Assembly: GCA_001687465.1 (NCBI GenBank)
Contig: LVLI01000101.1
Coordinates: forward strand, 124,001 to 188,000
DNA from: Halocafeteria seosinensis
Lineage: Eukaryota
DNA length: 64,000 nt
Direction of reading: 5' to 3'
Numbering within the stretch: position 1 is the first letter of the stretch; every line of letters starts with the position of its first letter. The notes below the pieces were generated by a model. The model had not been told where the DNA came from and did no database searches. It saw nothing but the letters and a program-made list of their open reading frames with translations. Position numbers and translations under genes: made by a program. Below, piece by piece: positions 51,000 to 63,411 of the stretch.

Positions 51000-52210
51000 G
51001 AGGAGTCCTCGACGATAAAAGACACCCTGAGGAGGCAGCGAGCCGCAATGCCCACGCTCGTCGTTGTACAGTACGGTGTGGTTTGTGTGTGTGGTAATAG
51101 TGCTCCTACGGAAAGACGAGTAGGCTGGTTAGTAAGGTGAGATTGCTGGTGCAAAGCAAGCATCACACACCATCCCGTAGAGGAAGAAGACGATTTCTTG
51201 TTATGGTATTTGGTTTGTTTCGCATGGGAGGGCCTGCGTCTGGACTTTGTGGTTGAAGGATTCGAGCAATTTTATGCAGGAGTACTGTATAGGAGCAGGA
51301 AGGCCAAGAGAATTGCCCACTTCGATGAGGAAAACGATTTGTGCCTTGTAGTGGGAGGGAAACCCGAGCAGCGAAGACTTCACTTGGCACGCGGAGGATG
51401 ATCTACGGCTGGAATCAATTCGAGAAGCACATACACGACTTTAGGAGCAGAGCAGAAGCAACAACACCAGGAACGGAAGAGACTGACGAGGCAATCGCAG
51501 AAGAACAAGGCCCGGGGCCGAATAGCGAGCCCACCGTGCCCACCGCGGAGGAGACGCTTTGAAAGGATACCACCATGGTACGTGTGAAGAACCTTACTGT
51601 ACCTCACAAAAAGTCCGAGTGTTGGTGAGCGCAGGGGTAGGTAATGCAGGAGGGCCCTGGGGAGATCTTCGACGGCGTGAAGATCCCCCAACTACATTTC
51701 CACTTAGCCGGTAGGCCATAAATTATACACACTACTACTTTTAGCTTACCGGTATTGAAGGAGAGGCGAGGCTAGTGTAGCAAAGGGACCAACGAGCACA
51801 TTTTATGTCGATGCGACAGTGCCAAACCTCCTCACGGTACAGAGCCAGGACAGCGGAAAGACCCTCACCATCGCGGCAGAAGCGGAGGAGATGAAGCGGA
51901 CAAAACACGGGCATCCGAGGGACCACCACACGGAGACACGTCTTCTGATAGGAGCAATACCAATACACACAGAAACTATCCCGTTCACGATAGAGGCGAC
52001 GGGCGGCTTCGGGGAAGACGCGACCAAGTTCCTCAAGAGACTTGCCCGGAGATGCTCTGCAAGCTGATGACGACCAAACTGGCAGTCACGTTGATGCGCC
52101 ACAACGTGAAGATGTTGGAGCGGTTCCGGGTAGGGTTCACCCCTAACACGGCGTAGCGTACCCTGTAGCATACACGTCTTCCGGTAGGAGCAATACTAAT
52201 ACACACGTTA
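51000..52210 (+). mobile_element. Degenerate retroelement remnant (restriction-like endonuclease C-terminus of a non-LTR element; chromodomain-like fragment)
   Basis: AAEAEEMKRTKH...IPFTIEATGGFGEDATKFLKRLARR resembles the RLE-type C-terminal motif (E..K..KY; PF.vEt.G.wG..A..fl); many stops and frameshifts; absent from the duplicated intergenic copy. Confidence 0.65.
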
Positions 52211-53067
52211 TCGTTATGATAACATAGCAGCACGCGAATTGTGTAGACATGAATGCATAGGATTGTATTCCAACTTGCATACGGCCATCGTGGCACCGAC
52301 ACACTGGACACATTGCTCTAACAGATATGGACAATGTGACTCTGGTCGTGGTGTTCTTCCTCCGATCTTTGGAAAAACAACGAACGGTACTAGTAGAGTA
52401 TGTGGGTAACCACAGTGGGTTACAGAGTGGTTCACGAAACGCTACGCGAATGAGCGCAGCGCACAACGGATAGAGAGAAAGCAATGGAAAGTGTAACTGG
52501 TCCCATAGGTTACCGCCGTCGTCCCTTAGGGATCGAAGGAGTCAAGCTACTATATTTGGTGATACTGCATTCTCTGCTGGTTCTGCTGCGTATTTTTCGT
52601 GCTGTAGGCTCCGACCCTCCAGCCTTCGGATGCGTAGCGAACCACATGAGGTAACCCGTACACACACACTTAACTGTTTGTTCGATGGAATTAATTGCTC
52701 CCAGAGGATGCATGCCGGCGAAAATGGTGAACGTACTGTGAGCCGTCGCAGTATGCCATTGCGGAGCCATGCAGAATATCACAGCGCATCAGTACGATCA
52801 ATTATACCGAGCTACATACTCGGTTCTACTATTACACGTAAGCTTGTAGTACACTCCATCTTTAATGCTGTGGTTTCAGCATACATGATCATGACGATGA
52901 AACTACTGCTGGTACCATAAACTGTCGCATGAAGCACGGCTACAGGCTACTTGTGTGTATACTTGGCTGCAGTTGGGGCTGTGAACATAATGCAATAAAC
53001 GAAACGGAAGTAGTTACGCCAATACAACGGAACCGTGGTCCCTTTGTCAGAATCAGCGACAGGTGGT

Positions 53068-54276
53068 TTACGGGATTTCCTCATCGGCAAAGGGATTACC
53101 ATCCAATATTGACGGACATGGTTCATCATCCATTAGATCGGTCAGCCATTCATTTTCAGTTTCTTGGTCAGAGACAGGATCTATTAGCGACAGTGCATTT
53201 GCGTTTATCTGGTCTTCCTCAGACTTCCTCCCGTTCCTCTTAAGGAACTCGGATGTACTCGACAGTTGGCTGTCTCGAGTAGGGGAAGGATACATTTGTA
53301 TAAAAGAGCTTCTCCCCTTGGATTGAAACCTTTTATCCGGTTGAAGAGATTCCATGTTGGATGGAGACGGAAGTACTTGCATTTTCCTGCATGGCTCTCC
53401 AGCGTCTTCTTCAGTTCCTGTTCTTTCGCAACTCGAGGACCAGGGGTCAGTAACTGCTGAGTAAGACCTCCTTCTCTTCGGGAATTCCTCTCGATTGCTG
53501 AAATTCGTCGCTCCAAAGAAAAACCACCGCAACTCTCCTTGTGTCGGATCTCTGTATTTGTGTCTTCGGAATCGGCGAAGCAAGCTGTAGTACGAGTTCT
53601 TCATCGCCAACGAGGAGCTGCATCATCAGATGATCTAACAAGGAAACCACTACCCAAGAACACTGAATATCAAAGTTGTAATGCTGGACTTACCGGCCAG
53701 GAAAGTGTTCCGCGATTTTCGTCCATTTATTTCCCAGCTGTTCGTGGTACTGTAGGAGCTCTTGTAACTCGTTGTACGTGAGGCCTCCGCGGGATAGACG
53801 AGGGTCCAAAACATGAGTATACCTGTGAGACACAGTTGTAGCAGATAATGACACTTAATCAACTACTATTACTTTTTCTATAATCATTCAATGTATACCT
53901 ACCTTTCACGAATTTGGACACATGTCTTTCCAGGTACGTAGTCTTTGAGGTTGATCCAAGAGATCTGCCCTGAGGGAGGCAACTTCCCTCCATACTTTTG
54001 TTTGACGCCAAATATTAAATTATTGTCATCCTGTACCACGTGAATCACGCGTTCATTGTAATTGTTCTTCAAAGGGAGAAGATGCGGCTTCACTTGCTTC
54101 TTCAGTCCATTTCGATGTTGATCTACGACCATAAAGCCGCTTGGGGGCACTTCGAGCCTGAGTTGCTTGGCTGAGCCTGTATTCACTGTATAGCCCGAAC
54201 TCGTTGTGAAGACTGTTATAGAATAGATGACCATAGTGGCCGATTTGCCTTACTCTTTGTCACTAGCTGACTGCAT
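53068..54276 (-). CDS. R2R3-MYB transcription factor, copy 3
   Basis: SKWTEE|DDNNLI...ISWINLKDYVPGKTCVQIRER|YTHVLDP...LGNKWTKIAEHFPGR|SSLAMKNSYYS; start exon (ATG 54276) tentative. Confidence 0.85.
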
Positions 54277-54617
54277 TCTGAATTCTGGCTTCAACTCTTG
54301 ATAGACAACGCGCTCGTGTGGTCACAATCTTCGTTTCTAGACAGAGAAAGAGACACACAAGAACAAATAAAATAAAAATGAACTGTGGTTGCGGAACTTG
54401 TCCGATTTTATTGCAATGAACTGGTCAAGAGAGAAACTAAAAAGAACAATGACGTGCCGTCTTTATCAGCGGTTACACGTCCGCAGCTTCAAGGGACGGC
54501 TTCACGAAATCACCACACACCGTGTACACCGCGAGGGAGCTTAAACCATCAAAGACTGTTCTGAGAAACAAATGGAGTCCTCGTTACACGACACAGCAGC
54601 AGCAGGTATGCTTGCGA

Positions 54618-56889
54618 TCATCCTCGAGGATTACCGTTGTTCTTTGAGTTCTTGACGTTGAGAACTGCCTCATACAAGACTGAGCCAGAGCAGTATCTTC
54701 GGAAATGGACCAACGATACCCCCGTATTTCCCAATAAATTCGTTCCCAGGAGATCTGATGTTTTGCAAAGCTCATCAACCTCTCGGTCATCTGGGCGGAT
54801 TTCTTTCTTCTCCTTCAAGCATTGACAAATGTCATGCTCGCTCAGGTAGCCATCATCGTCGAAGTCTAAGGCCCTAAACCAATACTCCATACTTGAATCA
54901 GACGAGCGATCTTCCCTCGCAAGATAAAACCACATGAAGTCCTCGAAATTTAGCTTACCCTCTTCACCACTGGTAATCTTACGAACATGGGAAGAAAACA
55001 GCCGGTTTTCCACAGACGGAGGGTATCGGAAACGCATAACTCTACGCAACGACTTCGGTGACACCTTGGTATTATCAGCCATGGTTTTGTCCATAGTGCT
55101 TCCATTGGGAGCAATTACTTTGACGGATCCTAAGTCTTGCTCATCAGGTGAATCCAGACTCTCGAAGCCACATAATTTAGCAGCTTGAGAAAAAATACCG
55201 TGCAGCTGCTGAAAGCGCGCCACACTGAACGGTGTCACTTCTTCTAAACCAACACTAGCACATGCGTAGAACATGTCAGCGACGTTGCTCTGCCTCAACT
55301 CTTTGATCGAGACCATGCCAGTGCAAGTACCATATAGAGATGCACCAATGGTGCTCAAAACAGCCGTGATATATCTTGATCTAAGGACGGGTCTGCGCTT
55401 CAAAAAATGCAAGTCGGGATGTCGTTCTACAAGTGCTTCGACCAATGGCTGCATGTCTCTCATTAGCACCCGTTGGCGGATTCCTTTGCTGCAATTGTTG
55501 GGAAGCTCTCTGCTAGCTTCTAAAGAAAGAACGTAGCTCTTGTTCGGAGGTTGAGCGAGCTTGATGAATTTATCCGCTCTACTCGCATTTCTAAGGTCCG
55601 GAGTCCACACTCTCAAGAAGTCCCTCAGAGAGACCTTCCTATTAATTTTCGAAGAGGGAGTAGCGGACTCATTGGTCCAATTGGGGCTAAGAGCATCAGT
55701 TTGGAGACGGTTTTGTTTCACTAGTTGCCCTACAATATCTCGGTACTCGAGGATTCTCTGAAAAAGCACGATGCCAAAATACGCAGGAAGTAAACAGAAT
55801 GTCTTTACCAGCTTCCGAAAGCCTGAATCCAGGAGTCCCAGTTCTTTATAATAGTCTCCACCGAAGCACTCAAGCACCTGTTGCGGACAATCTCGGAGAT
55901 ATAGCGGTATCCAACGTTCTGGATTATCGTTTGGAGAGTTACTCCTGTCAGGGCGTCCAAGTGAGTTTTGAGACCTACTGGAAGAGAAAGAAGCATGAGA
56001 GTTTGTGCGCATGCTAGGACTCTCCTTGTTGAATATGCTTCTACTGTACGGTGAATGCATAATGCTACTAGATTCCTTAACCTTTTCCGCAATCCTGCTA
56101 CAGCGTTGTAAAGAATCAAGAATACCCATTTTCCTGGAGTGGGTAACCACATGGGTAAAACTTGGAGAGATGAAGCCAATCTCTGTGTCCGAGTCAGCAA
56201 GCACAATACGGGGGACACGCGGCGCGAGGTACTGCATATGTCACGACAAACCTGCATAATGTGATCGGTAATGAGAAGAAGACCACCACGGCACCTACCA
56301 TGATTTGTTCCAGGTAAGCGTCCGCCTCCTCAATACACCATGCCTCGAAGACAATTGCTAAGTGACCATGATCTTGAAATTTTTTCATCAATTGCTGGAA
56401 TTTTGAAACCTTGTCTGCAGTATGTACCGCCGCCGACGTGGCCGTTGCTACTTCGGATGCAACTTCCGCTCGACAAACGAAAATTAGCACTGTAGTTTCT
56501 GGGTCCTCAATTGCCGTTGGTTCGACATCCACATGAGAATCATCGTTCCGTACGATAAAAGACTCTACATCAGTTCCTAGCTCTTCGGTGGACAGCACTG
56601 GTTTGTGAGCCCCCTGGTGGTAGGAAGTAGCAGAGACCTGCGACGAGCAGGCTGACCCGGATGATGGACAGTCTTGCTCGGTCTTGGGTAGCGTAACCGA
56701 AGGCAATGATGATCTGCGAGCGCTGCATCCTCGATGGTCTCTTTTATGAGATTCTTCTCTACATTCACCGACCACAGGAACACTTGCGCGACGATCTTGA
56801 CTGGGGTTCTCGCTGGCGGGAGGTAACGGAGCTATTCTCTTGTTCGACGAACGCTGGAACGTCCGACTGATCTTTCTAATGAGTCCCAT
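54618..56889 (-). CDS. PP2A regulatory subunit B'' (PR72/PPP2R3-like, EF-hand)
   Basis: LVERHPDLHFL....RYITAV, KLNFEDFMWFYLAREDRSSDSSMEYWFRALDFDDDGYLS; one intron near 56235-56300. Confidence 0.85.
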
Positions 56890-59453
56890 GGATGGCACAC
56901 TGCAGGACAACAGAACAGGAACGGTGGTAAATGATAGCATCAGATGATTACCACATTTTCAGGCGGCGCTAAGGCTACCGTAACACACCCTCCATCTGGG
57001 CTTCACACGCCAGTAACACCTCCGGGCAAGTCCTCTCTCTATTTTGCTCCAATCGTACCTAGTGTTGTCTCCCTGCTTCAGCGGACGTATACGAACGTAA
57101 CCAGAGCGCGTGTCGATACAAGGGCATCACATAGAGGGAGAAAAAAGGTCTTCTGGGGAGCTGAAGCCACGCTGACCAAATCTCCGGGGTCGATTATCTT
57201 GGGAAAGAGAGCTTTGCCCCCACACCACAAAGTGTCATGTATGTCAGATCCCTCATCTAGGTTCTCACCGATCACTCCCACAGCAATACCACGGGGGAGT
57301 AACGTAGTATACGTCTGTGTGATGGCCGGAGCATTCCATTGCGGAAAACGATCTTCATTCTGCGTCTGGGCCGGCTCTCAGTTTCCAATTAGGGTTTGTT
57401 AGTGGCTTGGATAAGGGCTCAAACCAAGGAGTTGCGGCGGGTTAAAGGTCACATCGACATTCGCACCCATACGTACCCTCAAAATAGGTAGCGTCGATAA
57501 TGGGATAAAGCTGGGAAGCAAGGAGGAGCCCAAATACCCTCTTGAAAATCTCCGTGTACACGACCGACGGACGGCGGTTTTCACCTTCCGGCGACACGTC
57601 AACGGAGGCGATAGGTGGAAATGCCTTACAAAGTTCACAAGGCCAGAATGGTTCTAAACAAACTATATGTCAATAACATAGGTTGGAAGATAAGCGTAAC
57701 CTGCCTGCGATTCTCGATACAGACTGAAGTGAAGTAGGGAGTTCCAAGGTGTAACACCCGGTGATACTTCAACGTGGTGTGGCAAAATTAAGTTTTGGAT
57801 AGTCTGCGGGCCTTTCCTGGAGGAATAACCATTGACAGGATCTTGGAAAGTTGTAGCACTGCAGCAGCAAAACAGGAAAAACCATTCGTATATGGCAAAA
57901 CCCTGGCGTCTGCAGACTGCAGCCATCAGAACCTAGTCATCTGTGAAGTCATAGATGATGACGGCTTCACAGATGACGGCCATTCCCAATACGGGACCAC
58001 TCTACGGGGGCAAAACTATGATAAGCTTAACAAGGGAAATGGCAGATCGCCAATCGACTGTGCTCTGTAGCTTACTGCAGTCTGAGCCAATTAGACCGGT
58101 GTAGCCGTGCGATGAGAGGTCAGTCTCCTGTCACACATGCACTGTAGCATCCAAGGCCGCGTCGAAATTCCTCAGCTTCCATATGCGTATACACGACGGG
58201 ATGCATAGTTAAAGGGTTTGGTATGTGCAGAGCATAGCTACAGAAATGTTTGGCCCGCCGTCTGAAACCCACATTTGAACCGGTCCCACAGGGGGGATTC
58301 CCACGTTATCGCTTTAGCGGAAAATGAATATAGGGATAGAGCATTGCAATATTGGAGGAGAAAAGGCAAAAGGCTTCTCGGTAAAAGGTATTTCTCGGAA
58401 GGAGAAAGAATGCAAGTACAATGTTAACATGCAATCACATCCCTACAACTTCGTCTGACAGAATCAAGCTCCTCAACCCGCAACAAGTTCTTCGTAGTTC
58501 TGAGCAAAGTGAACTATGATCATAGTTAGGGATCCTTAACTTAGGGTATCTGCAAACATAGCGAACCAAGTGAGGTCATTCACGTAACATCCGCCTGCCC
58601 TCCTTGCAATGACAAGATTCCGTCGCGAGTCCATGCTGGCCTTTGCCTAACTTTGTAAGTCCTCCATCTCGTCGCCCTTTACAAACCCAGATGCTCTTCT
58701 TGTTGTTCTAGTTTCGAAATATGGCACGGTGCATCTCATTTTGCGCACAATACATACTCGATTTGCATGCTGGATGCTCTTCTGCGTCTGGCTCAGTCCA
58801 GAAACTGCGCACTTATACAATCCATCAAGAGCCAACGGTGACATATTGTATACCATCTCTTTCAACAAGCAACTAGCGGAGTAGCTGCTAGTCCTCATCG
58901 AATGTGTTGAATTGTATGATCTTGACGACTTCTACACGCGGAGCTTCCAACCCCGAGCTAGTGCTTTTGGTGCCCTTGTGCTTTCACAAAGGAAGGGGGA
59001 GGTGGTAGCTATCATACATGCTGTGCCCCGGGCCCGAGCATATTTACCCATGTTTCAACCACAGCGTCCATTGATCGTTTGACGGACAAGGCCCCTGGTT
59101 CAGGTTTCTAGAAACGGTGGCGGCGCCGTTGAAGTCCGAGGCTCCGGGCTCATCTCCGGCCTTTTGCACTGGCTATTGCCGGGCTCTTACAGACTTAAAA
59201 AAGTCTGCGGGCCCACATTCTGAGTTACTCAGGTTTAGTTTGGGAGTTAATCTATTGTTGGTCAAACCCCACCACGAGAGCCTCTCTGGTTGGATACAGG
59301 GTTGGACAGTGTGCGAAGAGCTACCATTCATTTTAATTTTTTTGCAGCCGGGGAAAAGTGTGCCAAGCTCCGTGCAAGTCCTGGCAACGAGGGACCCACC
59401 TTGAATAACGGCGAGTATACAGTAGCAAAGGACGTTTCCCCTCGCACAAGACA

Positions 59454-61205
59454 ATGTACAGCCAGTCTAACGGCTCCAAAAATGAGGGAAAGCAGCAGGC
59501 ATCGGCGGCTTCGTTTGATTATGTTATACCGCCGTCAATGCGGGGGTGGCAGGAGAACGGGCTTGGACAACAAGCGGTGTACCCTCCGACTCCACAAGGA
59601 GGGGAAATGGACTCTGGACGGCTGCATCCTCCTCCTCCTATGAATGTAATGGGACATAGCAGTGCCGGTGCGATGGGTCCGCCTCCCGGTGATCCTCGTT
59701 ATGGGGCCATGGGCTATTACTTCCCCGCACACCAGGGACCTGTTTTGGGCGATCACCCAGCTACACAGTTTATGCCTGCACCTATGGAACTGGCAACGTC
59801 ACCCGAAGGAGATCAAGAGCGCTTAGTCTATGCATCTCGTCAAGCAGGAGGGAAGAAAGTTAAACGTGAGCAAGTGAAGCGCGCTTGTGTCCCCTGCAGC
59901 GCAGCAAAGAGGAAGTGTGATCATCAACGACCTTGTAAGCAATGTATTAAAAGGAACTTGCAGGATTCTTGTTCCGATGTGAAACCAAGAAAACGAAATA
60001 GGACTTCCAATGAAGAGAAATGCGGCATTCGAGACGATGACAGTGGAGAGAGTGCTCGAAATTCCGTTCCTGACACCACCCCCAAAAGTCCCTCACTGAC
60101 CACTCGAGAAGGGGCACGGCATAGTGGTGAAATGGAACTTCAGAAGCAAGATACTTATTCCGCGAAAACAAATTCATATCCAGCGCAGACTTCGGCGAGT
60201 GGAACGGCTTGTCAAGCTCATCAGGACACAGCAACTGCAACGAGTGCTGAACACAAGCAAATACTGGCTGTGAAGGACCTTAGTCATCCTGTAACAAGGA
60301 TCCGATATACAGGGGACAGTTTTGTAATTCGTTGCATATTTATGAATAAAGCGGCATCTCTGCTTTTTGGGACCGTAGCAATGTCTCCGGAGGACCTAAA
60401 CGGTCTTGACATGCGTTGGGTTCACCCTGATGATGAACCCGAGAGATTACAATCGTATTCAATGCATCTAATGAGACGAGAATGTCCGAAAGAGGATATC
60501 CCGTTTTACAGCAACTTGTTAAAGAACTCTCCAGCTACGATTCCTCGGAGTACCCTGAATGGCTCTCGCAGGGACTCTATAGACTGCCCGGACATATTGT
60601 CTCTCAAGGCCGTGCAGGAAACCGAGAAAATGATAGACCAAAGCATTCGCCCCTGGATCCCTCCTGAGCTAACATGCACCCTTGAATGCCTATTTAGGGG
60701 AAAGTTCTTTCGCTTCTTCAGGCGTTTAACAGAAGAAGAAGCTGCTGTTAGAGCTAGCGATGCAAACGTTACGATTGACGGAGAACCCACTGCTCGAAAT
60801 CCCTTTGCCGTAAGTGTGTCTTTCTACTGAATATGCAACGCTATTTGTTTAATGTTCCTTCATGGGATATTTTTGCTTCAGGAATTTCACGTATTTAAGG
60901 CAACTATTTGCTCGTTTTTTGTACGAAATAAAGATTGGAAAGTTGTTGGCTCGTACGACGTGGCAATAGATGTCAAACCAGAGGAAGAAATTTTTGTAAT
61001 GCCTGAATACTTTGAGCACTTTGTCGATGGAATGCTAGAGGTCAATAACACTTGGGACTCGACATATGCTAAGACAGAAACAAGCTCTTCTAAGGAGTAC
61101 ACCTCTCGTTTTAGCAACCAGTACGTTCTTCTGGTAGAGTCCGGGTACGCCCAGACGGACGAAGGGAAGCTGGAGTACGGTGCTCTTCTGAGTCAAGATT
61201 TCTAG
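59454..61205 (+). CDS. Zn(II)2Cys6 transcription factor with PAS-like region, copy 1
   Basis: KRACVPCSAAKRKCDHQRPCKQCIKRNLQDSCSD; FMNKAASLLFG...RWVHPDD; one intron (gtaagt..ttcag) near 60810-60881. Confidence 0.9.
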
Positions 61206-61758
61206 AATCAGGTTACAATTGTTAAGACTGCATGTGGCGATAGTTCAGTTCAGTTCTTGAGCTTCGCCGGCTGACATTCAAAAGCAACTCGTCAGTCAAT
61301 GGAGTGCTTGTACACTTTAGAGTTCATGTTTTGTGTGCGTTTATTGAAATACACTGAGCCTTATATATTCTTGCTAGACTGGTTACTTCCTTAATTTGGT
61401 TTTCCTTTCACGTGTGTTCGAGCATGCGAGACTGCTGCATCGTCGTAACCCTTCCCGTGCACGTTCTTTCGGTTGGAAAAGAGGCACCAGAGATGAGCAA
61501 ACTACGTCCTCATCACAGGACGTGGGTGGGCATGCTTTCCGCACCTACGCCTTCGATAACTGTCTTTGAAGAGTTACAGGGAACATCGTTATTGGCTTGT
61601 TTGGTAAAGCTGAGCTTCGCTCATCCTCTGCACCGAGGTTTGAGGTAGGTATCCACCACAAACGCCGTAGAAATTATCCTTTGGGCTCGCTCAGAGTGGG
61701 ATTCAGAGTGGTTTTGTGTACGCTGACCGACAGCTTGCCTCTTCACTGACCTCCATCA

Positions 61759-63411
61759 ATGGGAAGCCCAGGAGATAGTACATCCGGCATTTTCCCAAAT
61801 ACACAGTCTCGACCCAACATGGCAAGTGAACTAGACAAGGATGCTAGTACTCTGGAACTGCAGCGCCAGGAGGTGACGGTTGCAGTTCCAGCTGGGTCGT
61901 CAGCGAGCCCATCAGCTGCTCAAGAGAGAACAATGGAGACCGATACAGATAGCCAGAAGCAAAAATCAAAGAAGAGGAGTCAGGTTCCTCGCGCATGTAG
62001 GCCATGCTCCCAGGGGAAGCGTAAATGCGATCATAAACGCCCTTGTTACCCCTGTGTTAAACGAGGTATAGCCAACCAATGCGTGGATGTTCAACCACGG
62101 AAGCGCGTCGTAAGGGGCTTGGAATCGAGTTCGAGCAAAGACGAAGAACAAGAACATTCACCCACTAAAAGGAACAAGAAAAGTGAAGGTGATTTTGTCC
62201 CTCTGGAGGTGGCGTTCGAGGACTATGAGCAGTCCTTTCCGGCTTCCTTCGATTCACTCTCACCAGCTGAATTCCCTGCAAGCCAGGCTCCAGTGGAGCT
62301 TACGTGTGAACACAGACAATGTTCGAGTACCGAACCATTGAGGCCATCGGAGCTGCAAGTTCAGGCTTCTTCTGCGGCAATGCCCCCGTCAAACTTTGAG
62401 AAGGTCCAGAGTAGTCTGGATTTGTCCCCTCAGAATGCGTCCTCAGCGGAAAGGAAGGAGATACTGTCTACCATGCGCATTAGTGTCCCGATATGCAGGG
62501 TGCGATACAAAGACATGGATCTGAATGTTCGTTCTTTAGTGTTAAATAATCATATGACAAGAGCATTTGGTTTGGGAGACCTGGTCAAATACCGGGCCGT
62601 TCGCTCTAATCAGAGATGGATCCATCCGGAGGACGAGGATATTAAGTTCAGATGTGTCTTATACCATCTGGTACAGCAACGAGTCCCCTTACCTGATATC
62701 CCTGTTTACTCCAATAGAATAGAAGGAACGTATCTAGAAATTCCTCGAAATCGCGCTAGGCGGAGCACCACAGGTCCGACAGATGAAGAAGCCAAATTCG
62801 AAGAGGTAATCTCATTCGCGACACTGGAGTGCGCCATGTCCGTTATCGACAATGAGGTAGTGCCTTATTTGGGGAAAGGAATGTTTTGCTCCTTAGAATA
62901 CATTTTCGAGGGTAGAGTACTGAGATGCGAGACTGACTTGTCTTCTACAGAAGCATCCAAATATATGGCTGTGGATGATCCGCACAGAGACGAGCTCTTC
63001 TCTTCGCAGTTTGCGGTAAGAAAATTCGGAGGTATTTCTTAGGTCTCCACTTCTAAATTGCGTTTTGCTTCTTTTCACTCCTTGCAGTTGTTTGCGGTCA
63101 ATCGTGCGAAAATGTTCACTTTTACAGTGAGAGACTGCCACGGAAGCCTGCACGCAAGCTATGAGATGTCACTTGATACTCAACCGACGAGTGACCGTAT
63201 CGTTTTGCCACGTTTCATGGGCCATTTTGTTGACGAAGTCTACAACCGTTGTGAGCATGGCGAAGATACCCATGGGGACAGCAATGAGTCTCCTCTAGTT
63301 CACAGCGGACTACAGGATGGGACATTGTTCATTGTTGATAACCAATACATCCAAACTCTAGAAGGGAAGACCGATTTTCAAGGACTTCTGAATCCAGTGG
63401 TTTTGAAGTAA
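61759..63411 (+). CDS. Zn(II)2Cys6 transcription factor with PAS-like region, copy 2
   Basis: PRACRPCSQGKRKCDHKRPCYPCVKRGIANQCVD; LNNHMTRAFG...RWIHPED; intron at the same FA| position as copy 1. Confidence 0.9.

Noticed and set aside
57400..58900. Short ORFs between the PP2A B'' and Zn2Cys6 genes
   Set aside because: No recognisable motifs and no consistent splice model found
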